Shown piece by piece: positions 10,688-25,261 of a stretch of 64,000 bases of DNA. The number at the start of each line of letters is the position of its first letter. Position 1 is the first letter of the stretch. The stretch is from Octopus sinensis (taxonomy: Eukaryota). The notes beneath the pieces were generated by a model. The model ran no database searches. It was not told the DNA's origin and saw only the letters and a list, made by a program, of their open reading frames with translations. Where the stretch lies: contig NW_021833026.1 of the NCBI RefSeq assembly GCF_006345805.1, positions 620,001 to 684,000 on the forward strand, given 5' to 3'. The position numbers were made by a program, and so were the translations under genes.

Positions 10688-13309
10688 CTAGCTCGGCAGC
10701 TCGCTTCGCTCACCGCGACCTAGCTCCTGCGGAGGCCTGTTTCATCAAACAACTATAAGTTTATGTAGATGTATAAAACTACCTGGTTTAATGTAACCCT
10801 ATACTATCGCCTGTTGATAAACGATGTTTGTCGTCCGTCCTTCCTTGGCATATATGACAAATAAAAATAAATAATTTAAAAACAAAAAAATAAAAAAACT
10901 TTAAAAATTTGTAAAATAGTATAAACAAAAAAAATCTCTGCCGCCACGGCAACAACCTGTCTAATTTTTTTAACAGCCAAGTAAGATAATGCTTAAGAGC
11001 CTTTATAGTCCGGAGATTTAGCTTAGTGACCTTGATTAGACAAACCACTGGCGGAAATGGGGCAGGCGGAGTAGCAGCAGCCAAAAAAGCGACACACAGA
11101 AAAGATTTAATTAATTACCTTAAGCTGACCGTTTTTTCTTTAGCTTCGTTTTTCCTCCTTCGGTTATCTATTTAAAAAATTATTTTTGAATAATAAAAAA
11201 TATTAGGAAAAAAGAGGCATACAGAAAATAAATTCTATCTTTACGAAAAACTTCTTTTCTTAAGGTCGTCTTCCCTCCTTCGTTATCTATTGAAAAAATT
11301 ATTTTTGAATAATATAAAAAAGTTTAGGAAAAGATGCATACCGAAAATAAATTCTATCTTTACGAAAAACTTAACTAAATAGTTAATATTTTACGCAAAT
11401 TCTTCTGATTGCGCTGTCAATTGGTGGTAAATTGTGTTAATGATTGTGCTAATGTGGTTTCAACTATCAAAGTGTTTTTCAAAATCTGTTAATTGCACAC
11501 TCTATTCAAGGTCGTGCGTCAATTGTGGTAAATTGTGTTAATGATTGTGCTAATGTGGTTTCAACTATCAAAGTGGTTTTTCAAAATCTGTTAATTGCAC
11601 ACTCTATTCAAAGTCGTGCAATCTGTGATTGCACATTCTGTCAAAGTCAAATATGATAATAGCTTTAAATTTGATTCATGGTCGATAATGATATATGCAT
11701 TTAATTTTAAAGAGAAAATCATAGGATGAATTGAATTTCTTTATTACGAATAATTGGGAGTTCATCATTGTTAATATTCTCGCTGTCGTTTTCATCAAGG
11801 ATATTCTTAATACGTGAGATTTTTGCCTCGAAGGTTTTAATGGACCTCATCATGTTAGTCGAGGACATCGTAGTTGTTCATTTTAACCAAAATGCAGAGA
11901 AATTTTGTTTTTAAATTTTTTTTGGGGGGAAGGTTTTAAGGACTTCATCATGTAAGTCGATGACATTGTAGTTGTTCATTTTAACCAAAATGCAGAAAAT
12001 TTTTTTTTAATTTTTTTGGGGGGAAGGTTTTAAGGACCTCATCATGTAAGTCGAGGACATCGTAGTTGTTCATTTTAACCAAAATGCAGAAAATTTTTTT
12101 TAATTTTTTTTTGGGGGGAAGGTTTTAAGGACTTCATCATGTAAGTCGAGGACATCGTAGTTGTTCATTTTAACCAAAATGCAGAAAATTTTTTTTTAAT
12201 TTTTTTTTTGGGGGGAAGGTTTTAAGGACTTCATCATGTAAGTCGAGGACATTGTAGTTGTTCATTTTAACCAAAATGCAGAAAATTTTTTTTTAATTTT
12301 TTTTGGGGGGAAGGTTTTAAGGACTTCATCATGAATGTCGAGGACATTCGCGTTGTTCATTTTAATCAAAATGCAGAAAATAATTTTTTGATTTTTTGGC
12401 GGGAGGTTTTAAGGACCTCATCATGTAAGTCGAGGACATCGTAGTTGTTCATTTTAACCAAAATGCAGAAAAATTTTTTTTTAATTTTTTTGGGGGGGAA
12501 GGTTTTAAGGACCTCATCATGTAAGTCGAGGACATCGTAGTTGTTCATTTTAACCAAAATGCAGAAAATTTTTTTTAATTTTTTTGGGGGGAAGGTTTTA
12601 AGGACCTCATCATGTAAGTCGAGGACATCGTAGTTATTCATTTTAACCAAAATGCAGAAAATTTTTTTTTAATTTTTTTGGGGGGGAAGGTTTTAAGGAC
12701 CTCATCATGTAAGTCGAGGACATCGTAGTTATTCATTTTAACCAAAATGCAGAAAATTTTTTTTTAATTTTTTTGGGGGGGAAGGTTTTAGGACCTCATC
12801 ATGTAAGTCGAGGACATCGTAGTTATTCATTTTAACAAAATGCAGAAAATTTTTTTTTAATTTTTTGGGGGGAAGGTTTTAAGGACCTCATCATGTAAGT
12901 CGAGGACATCGTAGTTATTCATTTTAACCAAAATGCAGAAAATTTTTTTTTAATTTTTTTGGGGGGGAAGGTTTTAAGGACCTCATCATGTAAGTCGAGG
13001 ACATCGTAGTTGTTCATTTTAACCAAAATGCAGAAAATTTTTTTTTAATTTTTTGGGGGGGGGGAAGGTTTTAAGGACCTCATCATGTAAGTCGAGGACA
13101 TCGTAGTTGTTCATTTTGACCAAAACGCAGAAAAATTTTTTTAATTTTTTTGGGGGGAAGGTTTTAAGGACCTCATCATGTAAGTCGAGGACATCGTATT
13201 GCCAATTGAAGTTGGTGTGCACACACAGACAGACAGACAGACAGACACACAGACAGACACACAGACAGACAGACAGACAGACACACACCATACCATTTTA
13301 TTATTAAGA
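10688..13309 (-). mobile_element. Non-autonomous Helitron, inner copy inserted in opposite orientation
   Basis: Same 5'-TCTTAATAATAAAATGG and 3'-hairpin-CTAG termini on the minus strand; sits between A10687 and T13310 of the outer copy. Confidence 0.85.
11850..13200 (-). repeat. ~95-bp tandem minisatellite, ~15 units, inside inner Helitron
   Basis: Reverse complement of the 9440-10215 unit; counted by the GTCGAGGACAT core. Confidence 0.95.
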
Positions 13310-15099
13310 TTTACTTGAGTTTTTCGTAAGATAGAATTTATTTTCGGTATGCCTCTTTTCCTAAACTTTTTATTATTCAAAATAATTTTTTAAATAGATA
13401 ACCGAAGGAGGAAAACGAAGCTGAAGAAAAACGGTCAGCTTAATAAGGTAATTAATTAAATCTTTTTTGTGTGTCGCTTCTTGCCTGCCGCATCTCCCCC
13501 TGCCCCATTTCCGCCAGTAAAAAACAAAAAAAAAAAAAAAAAAGAAAAAAAAGGAAATTACAAAGGAAAAATGAAAAAATTAAATATAAAAAAAATAGAC
13601 CACAAAAAATGAAAAAAAAAGTTTGCAATGACAATAAACAAGGCCAGGGACAGTCATTAAAGGTAGTTGGGTTATTTTAGAGAGTGAGTGCTTTCACATG
13701 GACAGCTGTATGTGGGATGCTCGAGGGTAGGCAGAAGAGAAAAATTATTCATATATGCCAGGGAAGGACGGACGACAAACATCGTTTATCAACAGGCGAT
13801 AGTATAGGGTTACATTAAACCAGGTAGTTTTATACATCTACATAAACTTATAGTTGTTTGATGAAACAGGCCCTCCGCAGGAGCTAGGTCGCGGTGAGCG
13901 AAGCGAGCTGCCGAGCTAGTATCTAATAAAAGCTAAAATACAAATGGCCATATATTAAATTGTAGACAGCATTACTAACCAGCTAAGAGTTGGCAACGAT
14001 AGCTGTCAATAATATAGCATATTTTCGACCATCATTAAATAAAATGAAGGAGATCTATATGCATAAAAGTTAAACATAACAAGCAAACTAAACATAAACA
14101 AACTTTTTAAAACATTTAAATAATTAAAAAACATATTTTAATAAAATAAACTAAAAAATATTTTGTCACAATAAATCTAAACTGTTTGGAAACATTGCTC
14201 AGTACAACCCAGCTAACATCAAACAACGAAGACTAACCTCCGGCCAACTAATAAACAATATCGTGAAAAGAAAAAATATCAAGATAATATCAAGCAACAC
14301 ATATCACAACTAAATATGGAAGGAAAGCCAGACGTTCTTCTGGAAAAGTTGGTTGCGACCGTTTAACAGGCCGCCATATTTCTTGCAATGCCACCATGGA
14401 AGAATTTTTCTGCCATAATGAATATCGAACCTATAGAGGACGTCAAAGAAGATGTCTTCTTAAGACACTTGCAGAGGATTATGCTGTCATCGAGGGTCGA
14501 TTGAAGGATGCTGACGATTTGGACAAAATCAGAAGACGAGAAGGACAACAAAACGGATAGAAAATACTAACAACAAGCATAGTTAAAAAAATGGCACAAG
14601 CAAAACCATAAACACTGTTTATTATTAACGCGAACATGCATAACTAACTAAATAACTAAATCAATGCCGAAAAGATGTCAAAAGGCCTTTTTTTGTAGTT
14701 TCGTGGATGAATTTATTGTAGTCTTTTGCTATTTGTTGATGCATGTTTTGTAGCGTCCAAAATTTTTATTCGATGCACTAGTGGATGAGATCCATCGTTT
14801 TCAAAATTGATTAATTCTATTGAAACTAAACACAAAAATATTTATCCCTGTATCCACGGTGCTCATGGTCGCCCGGAACATGGTCAATTTCGTATTCTTC
14901 AAAGTTGTTTTACCCGATAATAAATTAACGAATACAATACTTTAATAAATTTTAACTTGCCAAAAATATGGAAACAACAATTATCATACTTAAGACACGT
15001 ACTTCGTGTAAATGGCTATCTGCGGTTACTAGAAAAAGAAAATAAGGAAGAACAAAATTAAGTTGGACATCACACTTGGTCAAATTTAAGCACATATTA

Positions 15100-15565
15100 T
15101 TTTGTTATTATTTATCCACTTTCGCAATGTCATGGATCATGACAAAGCTTGTGCAGCACAAGAAACAATAAGAGTTGTTACTTTGGTCCATTTCCCTCTA
15201 TCTTGGGCGACATCCCGTAATGCGTCAAGATTGTCCCCATTCTTAAAATTTTTCCCCACCCTCCGGAGGTCTCTGTCTAGTGTCACCAGACGAGTATTTC
15301 TTGGGCGTCGGCGGAAACAACGGCCGTCAGTTACAAAACAGTCTTCCATAGGGGTGTTTCCCGGTATCTCCAGATCCATCCTTGGGATGTGTCCGATAGG
15401 TTTTCATTTGCATGCAGTAATTTTGGTTTGCTTGACGTTCTGGCATGAACTGTTTTACTGCTGTGCCTCTAATGCCAACTGGAGGCTAAAGTGCGGCGAA
15501 AGGTCTCTATCGAAGGAATCTAGATTCAAATTATCCGTGTCAGAAAGCCTTCATGTTCCGGCATA
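15100..15565 (-). mobile_element. RTE-like non-LTR retrotransposon 3' fragment
   Basis: YAGT*RLS...LDSF...IGHIPRM...RRPRNT...LDALRDVAQDRGKW..VT.LI..AAQA, the typical RTE C-terminus. Confidence 0.7.
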
Positions 15566-15779
15566 GTTTGTAGCATCCAAAATTTTTTTGACAAATTCAG
15601 TAAATTCTGTCTTCTCCACATTTACATTGAGGAACCACTCAGCAAGTTTATTTGGTGATTCCAAATACTTCCTAATTTTTCGAGATTATCTCGATTTAAG
15701 ACATCTAAAATTACTGATTAGGATAATCTTTTCAACATTGACCTAAGTCCTGAAATCGACTAAGACTGCACAGCCGTGT

Positions 15780-16110
15780 GAGATATAGTTGTTTCCTCTG
15801 TCTGTATTCCAACTTTAGCTGTTTTCGTAACTCTTGGGACGTTCCATCATGCCCATGGCTTCAAGGCTGAATTTTTTTATGTCTGCTTGATATTTTTTGG
15901 CATTTTTCAAAGCTTCATTTAACAGTTTCTGCATCAATATTTCCCCATTTTCAGTTTCGAAGCTTCTTTAGAAAAACTCTGGCATCGATAGCACTGAACT
16001 TCCGGTTTTCTGTACCACTCGGCCTTTACATCCGAAAATCCGATCTTTACCCCCAATCGTACATGCAACTGATCTTCTCCATGATCATAAGTTACCATTA
16101 TAAAGATAAA
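15780..16110 (-). mobile_element. Degenerate gag-like ORF1 (zinc-knuckle) remnant of a LINE
   Basis: VKAEWYRKPEVQCYRCQSF...CRNC; multiple stops. Confidence 0.45.
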
Positions 16111-16930
16111 CAGTCTCACTCACTTTCTCTCACAGCGTTTGAGAATGATTTTTTCAACGAGAAGACGTTCACCTATACGAGAAATTGAACTAAAATTTCT
16201 CTCCAAAATAATGACCGGGAAAGTATAATTTTTTTTCACTGGTAGAATCGGGTTTTGCCTCCTTCTGAGTCTAATTTTGGGCAATCCTCGTGCATTTTGG
16301 TGCGGAAAAGTTAACGGTTCTAAGAGACTTCTCTCTTTTGCATTAACGATTGACGATTCAGACTGGGTCGGGGTAGATTTTCTAAGTACTCCGCGTTAAA
16401 TAAAATTGTCAGAAAAATATTTTATATTTTAAATAAAAATTGATTCGTGTATTCTTTAGACATTAAATCAGAATGAAAAAAACAATTTAGTCAGCACAAT
16501 TACTAAAGATTTTGAAATAAACAAATGTACTACAAATCGAAATCCGATAAGAAGTCTTTTGAACATTAAAAAATTTTTTCACATGGTGACAATTTTGATG
16601 TAAATATGCTTAAAAGTTTAATCAAAATGCTAAAAAAATAAGGAAAAATGATTTTGAAAAAACTCTAAATGATTACTTGACTTAAAATCTCGGTTTTTGT
16701 GTCAGATATTTGTTTAAATGTTCATAGTCACTTCAATGAATTGTTAAAAATTGTATAAAATTTTTACTATAAGATACGATATTGATTATTTCCCTTACTG
16801 GCCAATTTTCCTTTGGTGCGAAAAATGACGAGTAATAGAAAAAAACTATACTCGCATTTTTATACGCCTTTCCACTAATTAAACACAAAAAAAGATTATT
16901 CAAGAAAACTTAGATTTCTGTACAAGTCAA

Positions 16931-18050
16931 TTAAGATGGATTTTCCAGTTTAAAAATGTTGACAACTCCATCGTCCCCAGCAGTGGCAAAATAGCCTGGA
17001 TAGATATAATTCCAGGCAACAGTGTTAATCTCACAGTCATGAGCTGCAGTCAAATAGGCCACTCTCTTCCAATCAGCATCCCCCAATACTCGATATACCG
17101 ACACAGCTCGATCAGCCCCACACCACACAATCAGGTCTTGTACAGGACACCTACACACTCAGAACACGACAACGACATCCCAATCTAAGCAATATATCGG
17201 CAGTTCAGAAGGTCCCTCCAATGTGGCACTACAACAATATGTCGGACACCCCTGGTAGTCTCCACGTTCAATCCACAACAAAACCCTCCCATCAGCACCC
17301 CCAGAAACCAATTTCCCCCCATCCGAACAAAAAGCAATCCCCCAAACTGTCGACTCATGACCGCCTACACGTCCACAAACCACCCAACTCAAAATCTGAT
17401 AGGACTCCCAGTCAGAATCCACTCTCGCATGCAGTCTAATGTCGTTATCATAACTGCAGGAAGCCAGGACCTGCAGATTGAGTCCCTACAAGTGACCTGA
17501 AGGGAAGGATGCCATTTCAGGGACTTGACATCCCCTGAATGGGCAGAAATGACTGCCACACACTCAAACTCGACATCTTGGTCCACTACAAGTGAAGGTG
17601 AGGACTCACTCCTCCAAATCCAAATAGTCTTATCTCTCCCACAGATCGCTATGTACTCGCCAGATGTGTCCCAACATGAATCCTTGACTTCACTCTCGTG
17701 TCCTTCCAGACTATTTGTCTCAATAAAGTCCCCCAATGACTTTTTCCAGATCAATGTAGAACCATCGAATCCACATGTAGACATGATGTCATTAAATTTG
17801 GGATGCCATGTCACTCTTCTGATGCTTCGGCTGTGGCCACCAGTGAGGATATGGGCAATTTCGAAGGTCCGATTGTCCTTGCTGGTCTTCCATATTCTTA
17901 TTTCTCTGTGAGATCCACAGGAGGCCAGAAGTCTTCCGTCTGAGTTCCATGCGACTGACCAGACCACTCCTGCTTGTTTTTGTTGACTGACAAGAACTAT
18001 ACTCGTTTCTTTGGCCTATAATATATTTATAACATGCACAACTAAACCAT
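16931..18050 (-). CDS. CIAO1: Cytosolic iron-sulfur assembly WD40 protein CIA1
   Basis: ATG-only first exon (18050-18048) + 32-nt intron; VWSVAWN..GRLLASCG, GHSRSIRRV.W, LEGHESEVK, AHSGDVK..WHP, AHDCEINTVAWN, LATAGDDG-like motif; 4 mini-introns, one with a GG donor. Confidence 0.93.
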
Positions 18051-18155
18051 CTATTAATAAAATTTATACTACCCCGGAATAAATATTAATTAAATTAAAT
18101 AGTCAATTTAAATAATTAATCAATAAATATTAATTTATTAGTAATAATAACAAAA

Positions 18156-20116
<1,961 letters not shown>

Positions 20117-20289
20117 TATGAATTGTTTTTAATTTATTATTTATTTTTGACTAATTTAAGTTAGTTAACTTATAATTAATTAATTTATTATTTTAGGAGA
20201 CTAATATCGCTACCACTTTTTTATTTTCTTTTAGTTTCGACTTTTTCCCTTTACTTTTGGTCGATTATAGGACTACTGGAGATCCCAGG

Positions 20290-20990
20290 GTGACTATCAA
20301 TGGACTGTAATAGCAAAGGGAATTTGGAATATGGCTGGGCCGAAAAGGATTTGCTATCAAAAACACAAAAAATTGAAACTCAGCACAAAGAATATAAAAT
20401 GCTCAACAAAAGTCTATTATAAGAGAATAGAAACCTGATTGTCCATAATATAAAGAAAAGAATAAGTCGGCTTCATAAAAAAACACTTATACAGTGGGGC
20501 GATGAGGTTAATGAGCTCAAATTTGGGCCGAAAAGGTTCCAAAAAATCTGGCATGGCTAAAGGATTTATTGTGAATGATAAAAATGCAAGACAATTGCTT
20601 GACAAAAAAGAACTACCACCGAATATTGCTGTTTACTTTGAATCTTTTTTCAGAAGTGACAATAAACACATAAACTAATTTTTCAGAGATCTAAAATTCT
20701 CGACTACGCTAATTACTCTGGTAGAGATACAAATAAAAGCTGGAAAACAGCGAATTTCGGAGAATTCATGATATCAAGGGGAACTCTTGAAACATGTCAA
20801 TTTTATTGATTTATGAACAAAGAAACACTTTAAAATATATATTTTAAACACACGCATTTCGGATATGACTTGAAATTTTAAAATATATATAAACCTGGAA
20901 AGCTGATTGGACTGGTAGAAAATCTCAGACCAATAATTCCTTTAAAGACTCAGCGAAAACTACTGTCCCTGATTGTCTTGATAACATTTT
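20290..20990 (+). mobile_element. Degenerate RTE-like pre-RT/RT-start fragment
   Basis: KPGKLIGLVENLRPIIPLKTQRKLLSLI at ~20890-20980; fragmented upstream ORFs. Confidence 0.55.
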
Positions 20991-21155
20991 TTTCACAATA
21001 GACAAATCTAATTCATTATAAATAATTTTTTCACTTTTGTATGCTTTGTATCTAATTTCAAAGGAAACTATTCTTTAACTGTATTCAGTCATATTCACAA
21101 AATCTAAACAATCAAAATCGGTTTTATTTATCAAGATTTTAAGTTTAAACTAATA

Positions 21156-22272
21156 TGTCGCGACCCACGCTGGCGACCATCCCACGCTGGCGACCATCAG
21201 TTTGACAGGTTATGACCTTCAGTTTGACAGGTGATTAGTTATTTAATTTAAACCGGAAAAAATTCATTTTAAGAAATGGTTTAGCGTCATTTTAGAAAAA
21301 AAATTATGGTTTCTCTCAAAATATGTTAGCATGAAAAAAGCGACTCAATTTATCATTATTAATGATCGGTATATTTGCGACTCCTAACTCATAGTCTTTA
21401 TCTAAAGGACGAGAATAACCAAAAACACAAATTGGTCATTTGTCTGGACAATGAAATGGAGATGAGGACACTAACATTTGTCATTCACCAAGAATCCCAC
21501 TAGGGAATACGAAAGCTTCAGAAAAAGTGCAGTGAATTCTATTTCACTGTAAAACGTCCTGCAAATCTTTAAAAAATAAAACTGCTTCTGGTAAGACTTG
21601 AAATTTAATTGAACAAGTGGTGAATAAATTCCAAAAATTGTTTTATCAAATTGGATATTGTCAGATCTTCCAAACGGACAACGGGTTGGAATTCAAAAAC
21701 CAACTTATGGCTCAACTATGCGAGGAATAAATTTGAAATAAATTAGGGTGTAATTGAGCGCTTTAACTAAATAGTAACTTTTTTCTATAATACGACACAC
21801 CACTCGGCGATCAATGAGACCCCCTTCAAAAGTTTATGGGTATTTCTGGAATTAACACTGTGATTTATGAAATACCAGGTTATAATCTTATTTATAATTT
21901 AGATGAAAATAACGAGGCATTGTTTGTCGAAGATAAACTTAATGGTAAATTTACGATATATTTATTTTTAGAAACGAATAATAAAAGATTGTGGGACGAA
22001 TCCGTCATTGAAGCTACACAGATTTGAATCCCCATATGAAGAAAAGGGAAAAATATAATGTCTAAATACAGATTAATGGTTAGTTGTCTTTCCTAACAAA
22101 CATTTAGTTCGAATTACAAAATAGTTACTATGAATAGAGATAAAAAAAATGTTAAGTTTTTTGATTTTTTAGCAATTATCTTTAGTCAGTAATTAGTGTC
22201 AAACTATGTAGGTCGCCCTGTCAATCTTGTCAACAATGAAGGTCGCTCTGGTCGCCAGCGTGGGTCGCGACA
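21156..22272 (+). mobile_element. Non-autonomous Ginger2/TDD-like DNA transposon, 1117 bp
   Basis: 24-bp TIR TGTCGCGACCCACGCTGGCGACCA at both ends (TGT...ACA); TAATA direct repeat on both flanks; internal SLKNKTAS, 27-nt intron, VVNKFQKLFYQIG..QIFQTDNGLEFKN integrase remnant. Confidence 0.88.
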
Positions 22273-22294
22273 TAATAGATAAAGATGACAGTTT

Positions 22295-22625
22295 ATGGAC
22301 TGTCACTTATGATCAATCTCTGATTTTCTCTACCCACCGAATACGATGTGTAATAAAGCTAGGCGCAAGCTAAACGCACTACGTGCAGTCTTTGATTAGT
22401 TTTTGAAGAAAGTTTAAAACTGATATACAAAAGATTCATCAGAACAACAATGAATTATGCCTTTTTTGCTGGTCTCTGTCCGTCTTGACTACATTTCTTA
22501 AATACTTACAACAAGTCAAAAATGCTGGGTTTAGAACGATAATCGGATGCTTAAAATCTTTATCTATTAATCACCTCTATTGGGAAACAAACATCCTGCC
22601 CATCGCCGACCATCTTAAAATGCGC
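22295..22625 (+). mobile_element. I/Jockey-group LINE, post-RT fragment
   Basis: KARRKLNALRAV...LIYKRFIRTTMNYA...LQQVKNAGFRTIIGC...ETNILPIADHLKM. Confidence 0.65.
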
Positions 22626-22699
22626 AGGCTCGAATTTTTTGATGACTCTTCGACTGCTTGCCGCTCAGTTTACAATTTTTGCAAATCTGCCAACAAAAG

Positions 22700-23554
22700 A
22701 AAAATACGTGTTACCTGTGCTGATCTGGAAAAAACTCTGTTGAAAATCTCCTTGGGGAACAAAAAAAATCGGCATTAATGCACGACTTTATCTCCACAAG
22801 AATATTCAGGAGATTATCACCGAACAAAATACTCCAAAGACGTCCCCAGAAATCGATGAACACAAGAGGAACGTGCAATTCTTGCAAGACTTTGCTGCAA
22901 ACAATAAAATTTATCTACTATTATGAAAGAGTGTGTCTACAAAAAAGTCGAAGAGTTCCCGATGGAAACAAAAATGCTGATTTTGTCAAATTTGTTCGAA
23001 CATGAGAGAACTGACACAATTTTCGTTGTTGTTGAATTCCTGGTAACTGGCTTTGTTTCGACTCGAAGAATACGGGATTTTATGAACAGAAGCTTTCGTT
23101 TCTCGCCTTTTTCACTTTGTCGACCAAATGCCTGGTCCCCATTGCTAGATATAATCCATAAACACTCTAATCGAACTTGCTTAATTCCTTCAAATGTCCG
23201 ACTGACATGGAGGTTATTTCAGAGTGGAAGGCACTTGTAAAATTCTTTTTTAAAAAAGTAGTTGGACCTAAAACAAACACATCATTGATTGTAAATAAAA
23301 TGTGTAAAATTAAAAACACACAAAAATATATTCCATTGCACGTGATCACAGAAGCAGGAATCAGCGGATAACACGCAATATGAATTTAACTTGAACGAGT
23401 TTTTCATGACGAGACAAGGAAGACATGTTCTGCCGAAAGTGTTCCAATACCTCAGTCTCTGTCTCCGACAGATAACCCAAATACTCATACCAATACGGCA
23501 AAAGAGGACCATTCTACACATCAAACTAACACTAGCTTACAAATCTGTCAATAA
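22700..23554 (+). pseudogene. Unidentified coding remnant with mini-intron and frameshifts
   Basis: Overlapping 70-105 aa ORFs in several frames; candidate 26-nt intron GTAACT...CGAAG near 23042-23067; no family recognised. Confidence 0.35.
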
Positions 23555-24107
23555 AGTTAATCACCACGTGTTCTATTCTCCTCACCTCCTCTCCCTCCTG
23601 CAGTAGAGGATGCAACGTGGACAGTGACTTGAAGGCGAAAACAACGAACGGGGGATCCAAAGAATACTACAATAACAAAGACAAGTACATTTCTAACGAC
23701 CTGCTCAATCAAATTTATGAACGCCCCCCGAAGTGATACGTACTCGGACGGGATGTACTCCACCAGGAAAATAACAAATCCAAACAGTTTATCCACGTGC
23801 TGAAATAAACTTAAAAACAACCTTAGTTAGAAATGCGACTCCAATTTGTGACATTTTGTTAGTCCTGAGGTGTGGTTGGATGGTTGAGGGGGGAGATAGA
23901 ATTGTACAACTGGTGTGGAACATTTTATTTGTGCAGATAATTGCGTGTGTAGTGCAGACCAGTATCGTCCTCCACCAGTAGAGAGAATGTCCCCTCCGTA
24001 TTTCCACAGTCACCCCGAATGACCTGCCACAGAGAGGCCACCAAACTGCACGTGCAAGCAAGACAATACCGTGCCAACTGCATACACATTAAGACAAGAC
24101 GAGCCAT
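23532..24107 (-). CDS. Unidentified spliced gene, divergent from POLR1C
   Basis: GT-AG mini-introns (24, 22 and ~34 nt) join AFLTK|HVDKLFGF...LIEQ|YSLDPPF...FIDRFVS*; 5' exon structure unresolved. Confidence 0.5.
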
Positions 24108-24196
24108 GCTAAGAAATAATTATTTATACTAATTATTTATAAGTATTAAAATTATCTTGTAATATATTTCATATAAAATAATAAACCGTGATTTTC

Positions 24197-24860
24197 ATGT
24201 CTTATATGGTGGACGATTCTGGTGTAAATACAGTAAATACTTATTAAAAATAATTCAGAATTTATTTGACAAAAACTTGGAATTGAAACGAGATTTCGAT
24301 CACTATAAAAATAATCTGCGTATATCAATATCGAAGAATCTCCACGATGAACTCGAATTCGACTTAATCGAGTGCGATGTTTCCATTGCGAATGCTCTGC
24401 GGAGAATTATGATGTCGGAAGTCCCCACAATGGCCATCGAGAAGGTTTTCATAACACAAAACACGTCCAATGCAATCCCCGACCAAGTAATTGCACATCG
24501 TCTAGGCTTGGCTCCCGTATTTGCGGATCCTGACTTATTCGAGTACAGCAAAGGTCTCCCTTCTCAACAGCAGATCCCCTCGTTGCCGACGAGTACTCCA
24601 CACTTGTATTCAAATATTCAAAAGTTTGTCGCAGTCTGAACCCCAAATCAAATGCACATGACTTTTGGGATGGATCTGTGTGTATGAATTATTCGCGAAT
24701 GTTTTAGTTAGTTCTGGACTACTGAAATGGGTGCCAATTGGAAATCAGGCGGAAAGAGTATGTTTAGTGATATATTTGGGTAGTTGGCCGGACAGGAGAT
24801 AAGAATGTGGGCAGCTCTGCCTATTTCCCGTCAAACACTCGGAGATGTGAGATTGGCTGT
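24197..24860 (+). CDS. POLR1C: RNA polymerase I/III subunit AC40 (RPAC1); C-terminal third not recognisable
   Basis: LEFDLIECDVSIANALRRIMMSEVPTMAIEKV, HRLGLAPVFADPDLFEY, WVPIGNQAER; introns of 26, 20, 26 and 26 nt; no in-frame GIGKDHAKFSP motif found. Confidence 0.85.
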
Positions 24861-25089
24861 GTTGATTTGCAGGAATTGGATTTTATTTTCAGAATCATTC
24901 CAAAATGATTTATGAGGGTTGATTCTTTTGATTTTGCAAATGGAATTGCCCTTGAGAGGAAAATAGAGAGTTTAATAATTTTCCTGCGTAATATTTGTCC
25001 AGTAATGCCACATTTTGGAAAATTTGTGATATCCTGAAATACAGGAGAATCTTTAAACAGTACAACCCCTCAACACTGTTCAAAAATCG

Positions 25090-25210
25090 CTCCAGGTAGG
25101 GCTCTCGAGACGAGTGGATCGAGTGGGATCGGGACGTTTTGCTTCTTCAAGTCAAGGCCCGTCGGTTACAAAACTGAAGGGAAACCTGCCCTTTCCGGAG
25201 CTTTGTGGAT
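25090..25210 (-). mobile_element. Degenerate CRE RLE fragment
   Basis: IHKAPERAGFPSVL*PTGLD..AKRPD. Confidence 0.6.
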
Positions 25211-25261
25211 TAGTTTGTTGATTTCAGTGTGCCTTTCATAATAAAATATGTTCGTTTTTGA

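Larger units (their letters stand above)
9341..13919 (+). mobile_element. Non-autonomous Helitron (Lep1-like), outer copy
   Basis: 5'-TC at 9341 after host A, (GTCT)n microsatellite near the 5' end, 3' GCGAAGC-centred GC-rich imperfect hairpin then CTAG at 13916-13919 followed by host T; no TSD. Confidence 0.85.

Noticed and set aside
9440-13200. CRISPR-like regular repeats
   Set aside because: Units are contiguous with no unique spacers, no cas genes are present, and the DNA is eukaryotic; this is a minisatellite
9354-13680. Many 60-98 aa ORFs in the ORF track
   Set aside because: Translations of microsatellite, minisatellite and homopolymer sequence with no protein-like content
14300-14570. 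Decayed plus-strand reading frame of moderate GC
   Set aside because: Two stops and no recognisable family
14747-15587. 21-bp near-direct repeat (TTTGTAGC.TCCAAAATTTTT) as TSD of the RTE fragment
   Set aside because: One mismatch, no tail at the inferred 3' end, and the right copy may be element sequence; unresolved
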